Positions 9,647 through 19,871 of a DNA stretch of 64,000 nucleotides are shown one piece after another. The stretch covers positions 1 to 64,000 of the forward strand of contig JBIKWQ010000001.1 in assembly GCA_044356215.1 (NCBI GenBank), read 5' to 3'. Every line of letters starts with the position of its first letter. Position 1 is the stretch's first letter. The DNA is from Bdellovibrionota bacterium. Its GTDB lineage: Bacteria; Bdellovibrionota_C; UBA2361; OMII01. The position numbers were made by a program, and so were the translations under genes. The notes beneath the pieces are model-generated. The model had not been told where the DNA came from. It ran no database searches and saw only the letters and a program-made list of their open reading frames with translations.

Positions 9647-10366
9647 ATGAGTGAACAGAAATTTAAGGACTTGGGCGGTGGCCTGGTAAAGAAGAAAGAG
9701 CGTCGTGTTGTAGGTCTCTTTATAGATGGCGTAAACCTCGATCGCGCGACCCGCAGATTAAACAAGAAAGTTGACCTTCAAGCTCTGGTGAGAGGTGTTT
9801 GCTCTGGCAGCACTCCTGTCGTCGCACGCTATTATACTGTTATTCCTCACGAAGATGATTCACGTCACCGCGCTTTTCTGGATGCGGTTGCTAGGGCCGG
9901 GCTATCAGTTATCGTTAAACGACTTCCTCCAAAGGGCATCGAGCGCCAAGTTACCACCGACCTTGAGATGGCCGCTGATATTGTAGCCTTCTCACTCGGC
10001 CTCTCCAGTTTTAGTAAAGAGAACGAGTACCTACCGGCCGGATTTGAGGAAGCTAGATCATTCGCGGAGGCCTCAGGAGCAAACCTGCATGGCTCGACGA
10101 TTCCAACGATCGACCCCGATTCGCTTAAGCCACAGCAACGTGGAACTGGCCCCCTTCTAAAGATCGATGGCGATGTGGCTGGAACTCGCAGATCTGTAGT
10201 TGTTCTCTGCCCTAGCCGAGAACTCTCATACCCAATAAGTCTCGCTAAGAATCTTGGCGCCGATACAACCAACGCTGACTTTAGCCAGTTTAATTCGGGT
10301 GACATATTAAAATCCGCCGCCAAGTGGATCGACCTATCGGGTTCTGAGACGATCTGGCGCGAATAA
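9647..10366 (+). CDS. NYN/LabA-like PIN-fold protein, degenerate
   Basis: LFIDGVNL, ARYY, TDLEMAADI. The usual SGDGDF motif reads CPSREL. Confidence 0.75.
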   Translation: MSEQKFKDLGGGLVKKKERRVVGLFIDGVNLDRATRRLNKKVDLQALVRGVCSGSTPVVARYYTVIPHEDDSRHRAFLDAVARAGLSVIVKRLPPKGIERQVTTDLEMAADIVAFSLGLSSFSKENEYLPAGFEEARSFAEASGANLHGSTIPTIDPDSLKPQQRGTGPLLKIDGDVAGTRRSVVVLCPSRELSYPISLAKNLGADTTNADFSQFNSGDILKSAAKWIDLSGSETIWRE

Positions 10367-10494
10367 ACGGGGCTGAAGCTCTACTAAAAATTTCGCTTTT
10401 TACCGTCCGTTTCCGATTGACCTTATTTGGCTAGTGCTGAATACTCGGTGCTCTTCTTCGCCGCCGCGCGACAAGTTTTCGTGAGTCTGTAACG

Positions 10495-11895
10495 ATGAAA
10501 CCTCTCCGTAAGTACAAAGACCGAAACTTATCAAATCAGCAACAACCGATGACTGGCCGAGTACCTCCGCAAGCGTTAGACGCTGAGGAATCAGTGCTAG
10601 GAAGTATCTTACTCGACAACCAGGCGATCAACGTTTGTTTAGAGCGAATACGCGCGGAGGATTTCTATAAAGCCGCGCACCAGACGATCTTTGAGGCGAT
10701 GGCTACGCTCTCAGACAAGCGTGAGCCGATCGATATCGTCACACTCGGACAACAGCTACGCGCGATGGGACAACTCGATGCTGTGGGTGGGGTACAAACC
10801 CTATCGTATTTAGCTTCCGCCGTGCCGAACTCAGCGAACGTCCCCTATTACGTCCGCGCGATTAAAGAGATGTCGATTCGCCGCCGTTTAATCCACGAGT
10901 CGGGCGATATTATAAACGGTGCTTTCGAGCTCGAAGGAGATATTGAGGAATTTCTTGATGCAACTGAGCAGCGAATACTCGGTGTATCCGATTTCCGCGT
11001 TAGTTCATCGTTTCACCGCGTAGGCGATATCGTTCAGGATTCGATCCGAATCGTAGAGAAGCTCTACGACAGCAAGGAATCAGTAACTGGCGTTCCAAGC
11101 GGTTTAGTCAAATTGGATAACATGACCGCTGGTTTTCAGGCCTCAGACCTAGTCATCGTCGCGGCGCGACCATCGATGGGAAAAACAGCGCTCGTCTTAG
11201 GATGGAGCCAGTTTGTTGGAATCTACAATCGCAAGCCGGTCGCATTCTTCTCACTTGAAATGTCAAAAGAGCAGCTAGTTCTCCGTATGCTCTGCAGCGA
11301 GTCGCGGATCAACAACTCAAATGTGCGAACAGGACACCTTTCAGAGCGCGACTTCGCTAGGATCGTTGATGGCGCGAGCCGAATCTCTGAGGCTGAGATA
11401 TTTATTGATGACACTCCAGCTATCACTATCACTGAGTTAAGAGCCAAAGCACGCAGACTGCACCGCGATCACCAACTAGGGATGATCGTTGTGGACTATC
11501 TGCAGCTCCTACGCAGCCCGGCTTACAGCAACTCGCGTGAACAGGAGATCTCCGATATATCGAGATCGCTCAAAGCTTTAGCTAAAGAGCTTAATGTACC
11601 GGTGATAGCGTTATCTCAGCTTAATCGATCAGTTGAGTCACGTAACGACAAACGTCCGATGATGTCAGACCTCCGTGAATCAGGAGCTATCGAGCAGGAC
11701 GCCGATCTAATTATGTTCATCTACCGTGATGAGGTTTACAACAAAGAGACCCCAGATAAGGGAGTCGCTGAAATTATCATAGCCAAACAGAGAACCGGTC
11801 CGACCGGAGCTGTGCGCGTAGCCTTCTCGGGTGAGTACACCAGGTTTGATAATCTGGAAGAGAGTGACTTTGGGGTAGTGGATAGCAGCGAGTAG
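10495..11895 (+). CDS. dnaB: Replicative DNA helicase
   Basis: AARPSMGKT, FFSLEMS, VDYLQL, LSQLNR, DLRESGAIEQDAD. Confidence 0.98.
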   Translation: MKPLRKYKDRNLSNQQQPMTGRVPPQALDAEESVLGSILLDNQAINVCLERIRAEDFYKAAHQTIFEAMATLSDKREPIDIVTLGQQLRAMGQLDAVGGVQTLSYLASAVPNSANVPYYVRAIKEMSIRRRLIHESGDIINGAFELEGDIEEFLDATEQRILGVSDFRVSSSFHRVGDIVQDSIRIVEKLYDSKESVTGVPSGLVKLDNMTAGFQASDLVIVAARPSMGKTALVLGWSQFVGIYNRKPVAFFSLEMSKEQLVLRMLCSESRINNSNVRTGHLSERDFARIVDGASRISEAEIFIDDTPAITITELRAKARRLHRDHQLGMIVVDYLQLLRSPAYSNSREQEISDISRSLKALAKELNVPVIALSQLNRSVESRNDKRPMMSDLRESGAIEQDADLIMFIYRDEVYNKETPDKGVAEIIIAKQRTGPTGAVRVAFSGEYTRFDNLEESDFGVVDSSE

Positions 11896-11917
11896 CGGTT
11901 TGGCGATATAGGGGTGC

Positions 11918-11966
11918 ATCCCGAAAAAGTCTTGACAAATTCGGGATAGGGGCAGAATATGTCTTA
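11918..11966 (+). promoter_or_regulatory. Sigma70-like, probably leaderless promoter with an operator-like inverted repeat
   Basis: TTGACA 11932-11937, 17 bp, GAATAT, then ATG 6 nt later. ATCCCGAA/TTCGGGAT flank the -35. Confidence 0.55.
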
Positions 11967-13103
11967 ATGCTAAGATCGCTAGCGCCTATCATAAAATCCG
12001 ACCTGCGAAATAAGATCGTCCTTCTTTCGGGACCACGCCAGTCGGGTAAGACCACCCTCGCCCTTTCCATCGACAACTCACCGGAATACTTGAACTACGA
12101 CGTTCCTGAGGATCGCTATACGATCATCAATCGGAGTTGGAGGAAAGACGCGAACCTTCTCATCTTTGACGAACTTCACAAGATGCCTAAGTGGAAGCTG
12201 TACTTGAAGGGGATCTATGATCAGAGGGGGCACAAACCTCCGATACTAGTCACCGGTAGTGCTCGACTAGATATAGCCAAAAGAGCGGGAGATTCACTAG
12301 CTGGGAGGCACCTTGCGCTTAGGATGCACCCTCTAACCGCTAAAGAGTTGTGCGAAGTCGCTCCGGATCTTTACTCATTCGAAAAACTTCTTAATGTCGG
12401 AGGATTCCCAGAACCTTACCTATCAGAGGATCCCGACTTCGCTCCACGTTGGAGGCGATCCCATCTAGACCTAATCCTTAGACAGGACCTGATTGATCTA
12501 GAGCAGGTACGAGAGATTAATCAGATGAGCACACTTGTCCTGCTCCTGAGAAAACGTGTTGGATCCACAGTATCTCTGAATTCGCTTGCTATTGACCTGC
12601 AAGTTGATTTCTCCACCGTGAAGCGCTGGATCTCGATACTTGAGAACCTTTACATAATCTTCCGCGTCACTCCATGGAGCAAAAATATTACAAGGGCATT
12701 AACCAAAGCGGCCAAGTTTTACTTCTACGACAACGGCCAGGTGCTGGGCGACGAAGGTGCTCGTTATGAAAATTTAATCGCCTGCTCTCTATTAAGAGAA
12801 ATACACTGGGAGCAGGATGTTAAAGGCAAGGAGATCTCACTTCACTTCATCAGAGACCGAGAAAAGACTGAGATAGATTTTTGTGTCGTAGAGAACGGCA
12901 AGATACTTCAGCTTATTGAGGCTAAATGGTCTGATGAAAAGCCTTCAAGCGCGTTTAAGGCCTTTGAGTATCTTAAACACAGCAAGCTGCAAGCGACCCA
13001 AGTTGTGGGCCACCAAAAAACCGAAAAGGTAACCACACGCGACTACCCGTTCGGAGTGAGGGTATGCTCAGGCCCTGATTGGATTCGAGATTTGAAGCTG
13101 TAG
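11967..13103 (+). CDS. AAA_14 ATPase with DUF4143 domain and C-terminal PD-(D/E)xK-like motif
   Basis: GPRQSGKT, IFDELHK, TGSA, SLAGR, GGFPE, KFYFYDNG, EIDF..IEAK. Confidence 0.92.
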   Translation: MLRSLAPIIKSDLRNKIVLLSGPRQSGKTTLALSIDNSPEYLNYDVPEDRYTIINRSWRKDANLLIFDELHKMPKWKLYLKGIYDQRGHKPPILVTGSARLDIAKRAGDSLAGRHLALRMHPLTAKELCEVAPDLYSFEKLLNVGGFPEPYLSEDPDFAPRWRRSHLDLILRQDLIDLEQVREINQMSTLVLLLRKRVGSTVSLNSLAIDLQVDFSTVKRWISILENLYIIFRVTPWSKNITRALTKAAKFYFYDNGQVLGDEGARYENLIACSLLREIHWEQDVKGKEISLHFIRDREKTEIDFCVVENGKILQLIEAKWSDEKPSSAFKAFEYLKHSKLQATQVVGHQKTEKVTTRDYPFGVRVCSGPDWIRDLKL

Positions 13104-13200
13104 ATTCGTGGCAGTTATTTTTTACCTCAGCAACACAGAGACGCCCTGTTTCTTCGAATCAAGTAGACAACGACCCAAAAAAAGCGGTAAAATTTGGTTC

Positions 13201-14364
13201 ATATACCACAGATCGCTTAACATCTTAAAATCGCAATCTTTTTTTCTGTTTGGTCCGCGTGGCACTGGCAAATCTACCTTCCTGGATACCTTTTTAGGCG
13301 AAAACGAGAAGATCACGATCGATCTACTCGATCCTCAGCTTGCTGACGAGCTTATCAGTTACCCGAATAATCTACTGGCCCGTTTAGCGCCATACGAAGG
13401 TAAGCGAGAATGGGTAGTTATCGATGATGTACAAAAGGCTCCGCAGCTACTCGATATCGTCCACAAATTGATTAAAGAGCGGAGATTTAAATTCGCTCTC
13501 ACTGGGTCGAGTGCTCGCAAACTAAAGCGGGGAGCGGCGAATCTTCTGGCTGGGCGCGCTCTCGTTTACAACATGTTCCCTTTGACCTGCGAGGAATTGG
13601 GGCAAGACGCGAATCTGATGGAGATACTAAGATTTGGTACCCTGCCTGAGATCTTTGGCCTGGATAGTCCGATAGCAAAAGCCAAGTTTCTTAAAGCATA
13701 TGCGCAGACATACCTTAAGGAGGAGATCATCAGTGAGCAGATCGTGCGCAACCTTCCGCCCTTCAGACGATTTCTTGATGTCGCCGCGCAAAGTGACACC
13801 GAAGTCATTAGCTACAGCAACATAGCCAGGGATATCAATTCAGATCCCAAAACGGTCTCAAACTATTATGACATCCTGGAAGATACGCTCTTGGGTTTCC
13901 GGTTACAGTCCTACGACAAATCAGTTCGAAGGAAACAGAAGAAGGCCCCAAAATTCTATCTCTTTGATACCGGAGTAACACGTGCGCTAGCGGAGCGGAT
14001 CGATTATGAAGTTGCCCCAAAAACCTTTGAGTACGTGCAGTTGTTTGAGAGTTTTATCATTAATGAGATCCAGAGACGGTTAACCTACCTTGATAAACAG
14101 TTCTCCCTCTCATATCTGCGAGTCAGCGAGGACGTTGAGATCGATCTAATTATCGAGCAATCATCTAAGCCACGATGGATCATCGAGATAAAATCCACTA
14201 CCAGTGTGGATGAGCGCCACGCTCGTGCGTTAACCACATTAAGGGACGACTTCAAGGGGGCCAAGACGCTGCTTATCTCTAACGATCCAACTCAGAAAGA
14301 TTTCTCTGGGGTGCGCGCGCTACATTGGGGTGAGGCTATTCGGGAAATTGTCGCGGATTTCTGA
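13201..14364 (+). CDS. Second AAA_14/DUF4143 ATPase; the expected start codon is ATA (possibly decaying)
   Basis: GPRGTGKST, IDDVQK, TGSSARKL, KFYLFDTG, EIDL..IEIK. Family-like sequence begins at ATA 13201, just after a promoter-like sequence. Confidence 0.85.
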   Translation: MYHRSLNILKSQSFFLFGPRGTGKSTFLDTFLGENEKITIDLLDPQLADELISYPNNLLARLAPYEGKREWVVIDDVQKAPQLLDIVHKLIKERRFKFALTGSSARKLKRGAANLLAGRALVYNMFPLTCEELGQDANLMEILRFGTLPEIFGLDSPIAKAKFLKAYAQTYLKEEIISEQIVRNLPPFRRFLDVAAQSDTEVISYSNIARDINSDPKTVSNYYDILEDTLLGFRLQSYDKSVRRKQKKAPKFYLFDTGVTRALAERIDYEVAPKTFEYVQLFESFIINEIQRRLTYLDKQFSLSYLRVSEDVEIDLIIEQSSKPRWIIEIKSTTSVDERHARALTTLRDDFKGAKTLLISNDPTQKDFSGVRALHWGEAIREIVADF

Positions 14365-14555
14365 GGCAGGAGGACAGAACGCATTACTCGGAGCTCGGGC
14401 TGGTTACTTAGCTATGCGCTCCCCTACATACTGAAACCTATCCAGAGAATGATGCCCATAAAATGGCCGTTCTCTGTGTCCTCTGCCTCCTCTGTATCGA
14501 TCTGCCCGATCCTCAGCTTGCTGGCGAGCTGATCAGTTACCCGAATATACTCTAC

Positions 14556-15654
14556 CTACTCCGCACGAAATCCCTCACGCGAAGCGACCTTCGTAACGAC
14601 CGGAGCCGAGAAGTATCGGTCGCCATCCGCAGCTACCTTGAACTCGGTTTCACCTTGAGCACCTACCCGCTTCTGTACAGAAGTTAATAAATGCATCACG
14701 GCATCTGCAGAGCCACGCTCACTCTGAGGCTTGCGACACAGAGACTCAGCTATGAGCATCGCTACATCGTACCCTTCGGCTGCAAACTTAATTTGAGCCT
14801 CTGTCTTAAAACGCGCCAAATACCGCGACTGAAAATCCGCGTCGATTATATTGTTTGGATAGAAGGCGCCCTCGAGAGCTCCGTTGGCATCAGCTATAAC
14901 CGTCGGTGACTCGAGAAAATCAGAGCCAAAAAAAATTGCCTGAGGCAGGTGCAGATTCTTAGCCAGCGCAGCTGCTTGCGCTGGAAAGAGAAACAGCCCG
15001 ATCGCATCGACCTCTGCCGCTCGAACTTTAGGGGCAAGATGCCGCAGATCCGCGTCATCCGGAGTAACACGAGCCAACATTTCTACCTGAAACTTGCCAT
15101 CCGCCTCAACTCGAAAGCCATCGATCAGCGCGTCAATGTACTGATTATCCACAGCGACGATGCCTACCTTTTTAACCTTGCGCTTCTCAAGGCTCGCTAC
15201 CAAAGTCCGGCCCAGCTCGCGCTTGGAATTGGCATATCGAACTGAATACTTCTTACCGATCACGGCGTTGCCATCGATGTGATCGATGATGATAGGTGCC
15301 TTCCTAGTCTCAGCAACTGGAGCGAGAGCTTCTCCCATCGGACCACCAAAAGCGTATACCAGATTTACCTTGCCGATAGTCTGCAGCATTATGAAATGCA
15401 CTGAGCGCCTGCGTTGTTTTATACGCCGAATCCTCGATGGTGAATTCGCACGAGGAGAAGAGTTCTGGCCTCGTCTCTCGGGCGAGCGTGATACCGTTAC
15501 TGATAGCACCGCCGTATTCTGCTAGGGGGCCAGTCAACGGAATAATAACGCCTGTTCTGAATGGCTCACCGTGGACGGAGGATCCCCCTAACGCCGTGAG
15601 AGTAGCGAAGACCCACAGCACTACCCTAATTCCTGCAAGCAATAGACGCTCCAT
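14556..15654 (-). pseudogene. Branched-chain-amino-acid-type ABC substrate-binding protein with a frameshift near 15390
   Basis: N-half GVIIPLTGPLAEYG...EDSAY is in ORF 15310..15654; C-half continues in ORF 14556..15509. Paralogous to the intact 44920..46008. Confidence 0.85.
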
Positions 15655-15833
15655 GTCTGGTCTCCTTAATTACCAACTGATACTCAAAATAAAGTTCACC
15701 AGACTCGCAGCTACCGGCACTTACTGCAAGTGGGATCTGTGGGTCTTTGGCGAATTCAGGGTCATACAGTAGCCGAACTAAGATGGCAGAAGTGGCAAAT
15801 CGGGTACGTTTACGAGCAAGTGCACGAGCACGT

Positions 15834-15913
15834 TCACGTGGGAATGGCTGTGCAAAGCTTATTTAGGGATTGATCACGTGGGAATGGCCATGCAAAGCCT
15901 ATTTAGGGATTGA
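15834..15913. repeat. 40-bp tandem duplication
   Basis: TCACGTGGGAATGGCYRTGCAAAGCYTATTTAGGGATTGA x2 with 3 mismatches. Confidence 0.9.
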
Positions 15914-15937
15914 TCCTTACTTACATATCAATCTCCC

Positions 15938-16921
15938 CTACTCCTCCCCGCTTACCCTCTCCATCAACTGCGTAAAATACCGCGGCCATCTAAGCATCGC
16001 GTACGTGGGTTTATCTTTTAATCTTAAAACTTCAGGCTTCGCGGCTTCTATTGAATCGATTAACTTCTCATCTGTGAGCTCTTCTTCAGTTAACGGCACC
16101 TCCTGCCTTAACAGCCACCAAACCGAATTAACCTCAGAACCTATCTCCGGATCCTGCGCGACTAGATTTTGCGCTAGCTCAATCTCCTCTAGCGCCCCTT
16201 TCGTATTGCCTAAGGCTCCCCTCGCTAGCGCGCGCGATAGATGAACTCTGGGCATCGCTCCTAACGCTGAGCTCGCAGCTAATTGCTCACCAATTATTGT
16301 ATCTACTGTTTTATACTGATTGGCCGCCACTAAAAGAGAGGTGTGATATCCAAACTGAACGGCACTCGGATCAAGAAAGAAGGCTTCGTATGAATAACAT
16401 AGCGCCTCTTGTTCGCTGCCAGATGCAAAAGCCAGATTTGAGATCGACCGCGCGATTGACGCGGCCTGCGGCCAGTTCTGCGCCTGATGAAATACCTCAA
16501 AAGCCCGCTTTAGCTCCACACGCGCCTGAGTGAGATCTCCTTTACCTGTATAGAGATCCGCTAACGCCAATGCGTAACGAGGGTGATCACCTTGACTGGC
16601 CCTAAGTTCCGTTAGCTCCTTATAAGCCTCATCAAAATGCCCCTGTTGTCCTAAAACTATCGCGAGATTGTATCGGATTGTCGGGTTATTGGGGTCCAAA
16701 ACTAGGGCACGCCTCAGTCGCGACTCGGCGTCAAACAAACGTCCTCGCGCGGCTGTGCTTATTCCCTCTGAAACCAATCCCGATACGAGCAATTCCCTCG
16801 ATGAAATAAACTCAGAGGAGTCACTTCCAAGTGACGAGACGGCAAAACGATCCTGATCCTTGGGCACAGCGCAGGCGCTCAATATAATAGCTACTGCGGA
16901 AACAAAGTAATTACGCAACAT
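15938..16921 (-). CDS. TPR-repeat lipoprotein
   Basis: LSAC lipobox; TPR pattern RRALVLDPNNPTIRYNLAIVLGQQG. Confidence 0.85.
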   Translation of the reverse strand: MLRNYFVSAVAIILSACAVPKDQDRFAVSSLGSDSSEFISSRELLVSGLVSEGISTAARGRLFDAESRLRRALVLDPNNPTIRYNLAIVLGQQGHFDEAYKELTELRASQGDHPRYALALADLYTGKGDLTQARVELKRAFEVFHQAQNWPQAASIARSISNLAFASGSEQEALCYSYEAFFLDPSAVQFGYHTSLLVAANQYKTVDTIIGEQLAASSALGAMPRVHLSRALARGALGNTKGALEEIELAQNLVAQDPEIGSEVNSVWWLLRQEVPLTEEELTDEKLIDSIEAAKPEVLRLKDKPTYAMLRWPRYFTQLMERVSGEE

Positions 16922-16931
16922 GGCCTAAACT

Positions 16932-18377
16932 CTACTGCCCTAACGAGAACTTAGCTGCTATAAAAATAAGCAAACCAAGCGCGGCCACCACATATGTAAC
17001 CTGATCCTTCAGCGCGAACACCAGCGGATCATCGTGAACTATACCACGACGAGCCATCAACCAGATCCTACTGATCCAATAAAGTAGTAGCGGACACGCT
17101 AGCCAGACCAGTGTTGGATTAGCATAGAGCTTTGCTATCTCATGACTGTTAACGTATAGAGCCAAAACTAGAACCGAGATATACCCACTCGCCGCGCCAA
17201 AAGAAGCGATCTGCTCTAGGTCGCCGACCCAGTAACCGCGCCCCCAGGTTTTCTTCTCATTTCGCTGCTGCAAAACAAGAAGCTCCGAGAAACGTTTTAC
17301 GCAGGCCAAGCTAAGAAATAGGAACATCGAAAGCCCCATCAGCCACTGGGAAACCTCGATACCCGAAGCGATACCTCCACCAACTATTCGGATCGTGTAC
17401 AACATCGCCAGTAGGATAATATCCACTAATGCCAACGCCTTTAGGCGGAAAGAGTACATCGTGGTAAGAAAGAGATAGATCGCTAATAGGATCAGGAAGC
17501 GCCAATTCACAACTCCTGCTACCACAAAAGCGGCGCACAACAACAGCGGCACTAAAGCTAGTGCCGAGCTAATCGGCCACTCGCCTGAGGCGCACGGCCG
17601 TTTCTTTTTTCGCGGATGTTGTCGGTCGGACTCTAAATCAAGGAGGTCATTTAAAACATACACCCCTGATGCGCACAGCGAGAAAGCTACCGCGGCAAAG
17701 AACGAGCTGACCAATGCGTTTGGATCAAACCAACGGTGCGCTAAAATAAGGGGCAGAAAGACCAGCAGATTCTTTAACCACTGGTGAACACGCATCCCCT
17801 TAAGCCAGGTTCGCGCCGAGGGCCCAGCTACCGGAATAACCTCTCCATCAGGAAACTCTCGGACAAAGCGCCCCGTGATCGACGAGGATGACGATACACA
17901 CACCTGCTGGCTAGCCGCTTTCCAAACAGCGAAATCGGCGCGCGAATCACCCATGTAATTAAAAGCTTCTCCGCTAAACTGCTCACTGATCGCTTTAAGC
18001 TTTGCCGAGCCCTTGCAATTAAACTTGTCATCGGACGCGATAATTCGATCGACTCCTCCAATTCTGCGAGCGACTCCCGCCACGAGGGTATGATGCGATG
18101 CCGAGGCCAGAATAATCCTGCACCCCTCGGCCGCGCGGTGCTTTAAGTAATCCACGACCTCACTGTGTATCGGCAACAGAGAGAAGTTTAGTCCTCCTCC
18201 ATAGTGCGCCAGTCGAGACTTCAGGTAGGCGCGTCCCCGGATCAACCAAAACGGCAGTAAGAAAACTATCCAAGGCTGACGCTTTAGGGAGACAAGAAGA
18301 GATTCATATAAAAGGTCGGTAGCTAAAACCGTCCCGTCGACATCTGCGCAAACTACTTTAACTTGACTCTCTTTCAT
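16932..18377 (-). CDS. HAD-UbiA fusion: polyprenyl-phosphate phosphoribosyltransferase-like
   Basis: N-terminal DVDGT HAD motif; RVHQWLKNLLVF, NDLLDLESDRQHPRK, HDDPLVFA. Confidence 0.92.
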   Translation of the reverse strand: MKESQVKVVCADVDGTVLATDLLYESLLVSLKRQPWIVFLLPFWLIRGRAYLKSRLAHYGGGLNFSLLPIHSEVVDYLKHRAAEGCRIILASASHHTLVAGVARRIGGVDRIIASDDKFNCKGSAKLKAISEQFSGEAFNYMGDSRADFAVWKAASQQVCVSSSSSITGRFVREFPDGEVIPVAGPSARTWLKGMRVHQWLKNLLVFLPLILAHRWFDPNALVSSFFAAVAFSLCASGVYVLNDLLDLESDRQHPRKKKRPCASGEWPISSALALVPLLLCAAFVVAGVVNWRFLILLAIYLFLTTMYSFRLKALALVDIILLAMLYTIRIVGGGIASGIEVSQWLMGLSMFLFLSLACVKRFSELLVLQQRNEKKTWGRGYWVGDLEQIASFGAASGYISVLVLALYVNSHEIAKLYANPTLVWLACPLLLYWISRIWLMARRGIVHDDPLVFALKDQVTYVVAALGLLIFIAAKFSLGQ

Positions 18378-18533
18378 AACTATATAACTTCAAACATCCC
18401 GTTTAAGCCTTCCCTTATGGTACGCCAGAGAGCCAATTCCAAAAAGGGGGAACGCCATCTTTCCCCAATTGCGCGCTAATCAGGCGCTAAGGTAGTCTTG
18501 CCTGGCAGTTTTTAACATCCTTAGCTTTTCAAA

Positions 18534-19856
18534 ATGTCCAAATCCAACAAAACCAGGGAGTTTTTATCATGGGGTCGACACCCCAGGCCTCTTAATCAGG
18601 GGGCCCTAAAGATCCGTTCGTTAGGACAACCCATCCCTACCCCAGCGAACGAGGCGAAGGTCCTACCTTACGGCCTCGGCCGCAGCTATGGCGATAGCTG
18701 CCTAAACGACGACAACTTTGTGATTCCTGTTGCCGGTTTTGATAACTTTATCTCATTTAACGCCTCTACTGGAGTTCTTAGAGCTGAAGCCGGGGTTAGT
18801 CTTGCCTCAATTCTGGCTACATTTGTTCCAAAGGGGTGGTTTCTGCCGGTATCACCCGGAACTAAATTCGTTACCCTTGGGGGTGCCATCGCCAATGATA
18901 TCCATGGGAAGAACCACCACGTTGCTGGAACATTCGGTAGACACGTTGAGCGGTTTGAACTCCTGCGATCAACCGGAGATAGATTGATCTGCTCGCCAAC
19001 TGAAAATACTGAACTGTTTAAAGCAACGATCGCCGGACTCGGCCTTACAGGTTTAATCACCTGGGTCGATCTGAAGCTAATTCCAATTAAAAGCCCATAC
19101 CTCGACACTGAAACGATCAAGTTCAGGAATCTAGATGAGTTCTTTGATATCTCGCGAGAGAGCGACGAGCGATTTGAGTACAGCGTATCGTGGGTAGATT
19201 GCACCACTGAGGGAGCCGGACTCGGGCGTGGTCTCTTTATGGCAGGTAATTTCTCTCAGTCTACAAAACCTTCTAAACGACCAAACCTTTCGATCCCCTT
19301 CCCGTGCGAGGCCCCGGGGTGGTTACTAAACTCCCTTTTCATGAAGAGCTTTAATACACTCTACTACAACAAACAGTTCAACCGCGTGGTAAAGGGATTA
19401 ACGCACTATGAACCCTTTTTCTATCCGCTCGATGCGATCCTTAACTGGAACAAGATGTACGGCAAACGTGGATTCTTTCAGTATCAACTTGTCGTCCCAT
19501 TTGAGAGCGACCGTGGAATCATAAAAGAGATCTTCGCTCGTATCACGAAATCAAAGCGGGCCTCTTTCCTGGCAGTTTTAAAAACATTCGGAGATGTCGC
19601 TTCGCCAGGAATGCTTTCATTCCCGCGCAAAGGGGTAACTCTGGCGCTTGATTTTCCAAATGATGGCCAGCCAACTCTCGACCTGATGAATCAATTAGAC
19701 AGTGTTGTGTTTCAAGCTGGTGGCGCACTGTACGCCGCGAAAGACGCTCGCATGTCACCGGCTTCCTTCTTAAGCTCATATCCGCGAGTCGAAGAGTTCA
19801 AGCGATTTATGGACCCTGCGTTCTCTTCGAGCTTCTGGCGCAGAGTAACCGAATAA
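18534..19856 (+). CDS. FAD-linked oxidoreductase, DprE1-like
   Basis: GLGRSYGD, PGTKFVTLGGAIANDIHGKNHH, FLAVLK, TLALDF, YAAKD. Confidence 0.92.
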   Translation: MSKSNKTREFLSWGRHPRPLNQGALKIRSLGQPIPTPANEAKVLPYGLGRSYGDSCLNDDNFVIPVAGFDNFISFNASTGVLRAEAGVSLASILATFVPKGWFLPVSPGTKFVTLGGAIANDIHGKNHHVAGTFGRHVERFELLRSTGDRLICSPTENTELFKATIAGLGLTGLITWVDLKLIPIKSPYLDTETIKFRNLDEFFDISRESDERFEYSVSWVDCTTEGAGLGRGLFMAGNFSQSTKPSKRPNLSIPFPCEAPGWLLNSLFMKSFNTLYYNKQFNRVVKGLTHYEPFFYPLDAILNWNKMYGKRGFFQYQLVVPFESDRGIIKEIFARITKSKRASFLAVLKTFGDVASPGMLSFPRKGVTLALDFPNDGQPTLDLMNQLDSVVFQAGGALYAAKDARMSPASFLSSYPRVEEFKRFMDPAFSSSFWRRVTE

Positions 19857-19871
19857 CAAAGAGGAGATCAG

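Noticed and set aside
15834..15913. Mini CRISPR
   Set aside because: Two abutting 40-bp units with no spacer.
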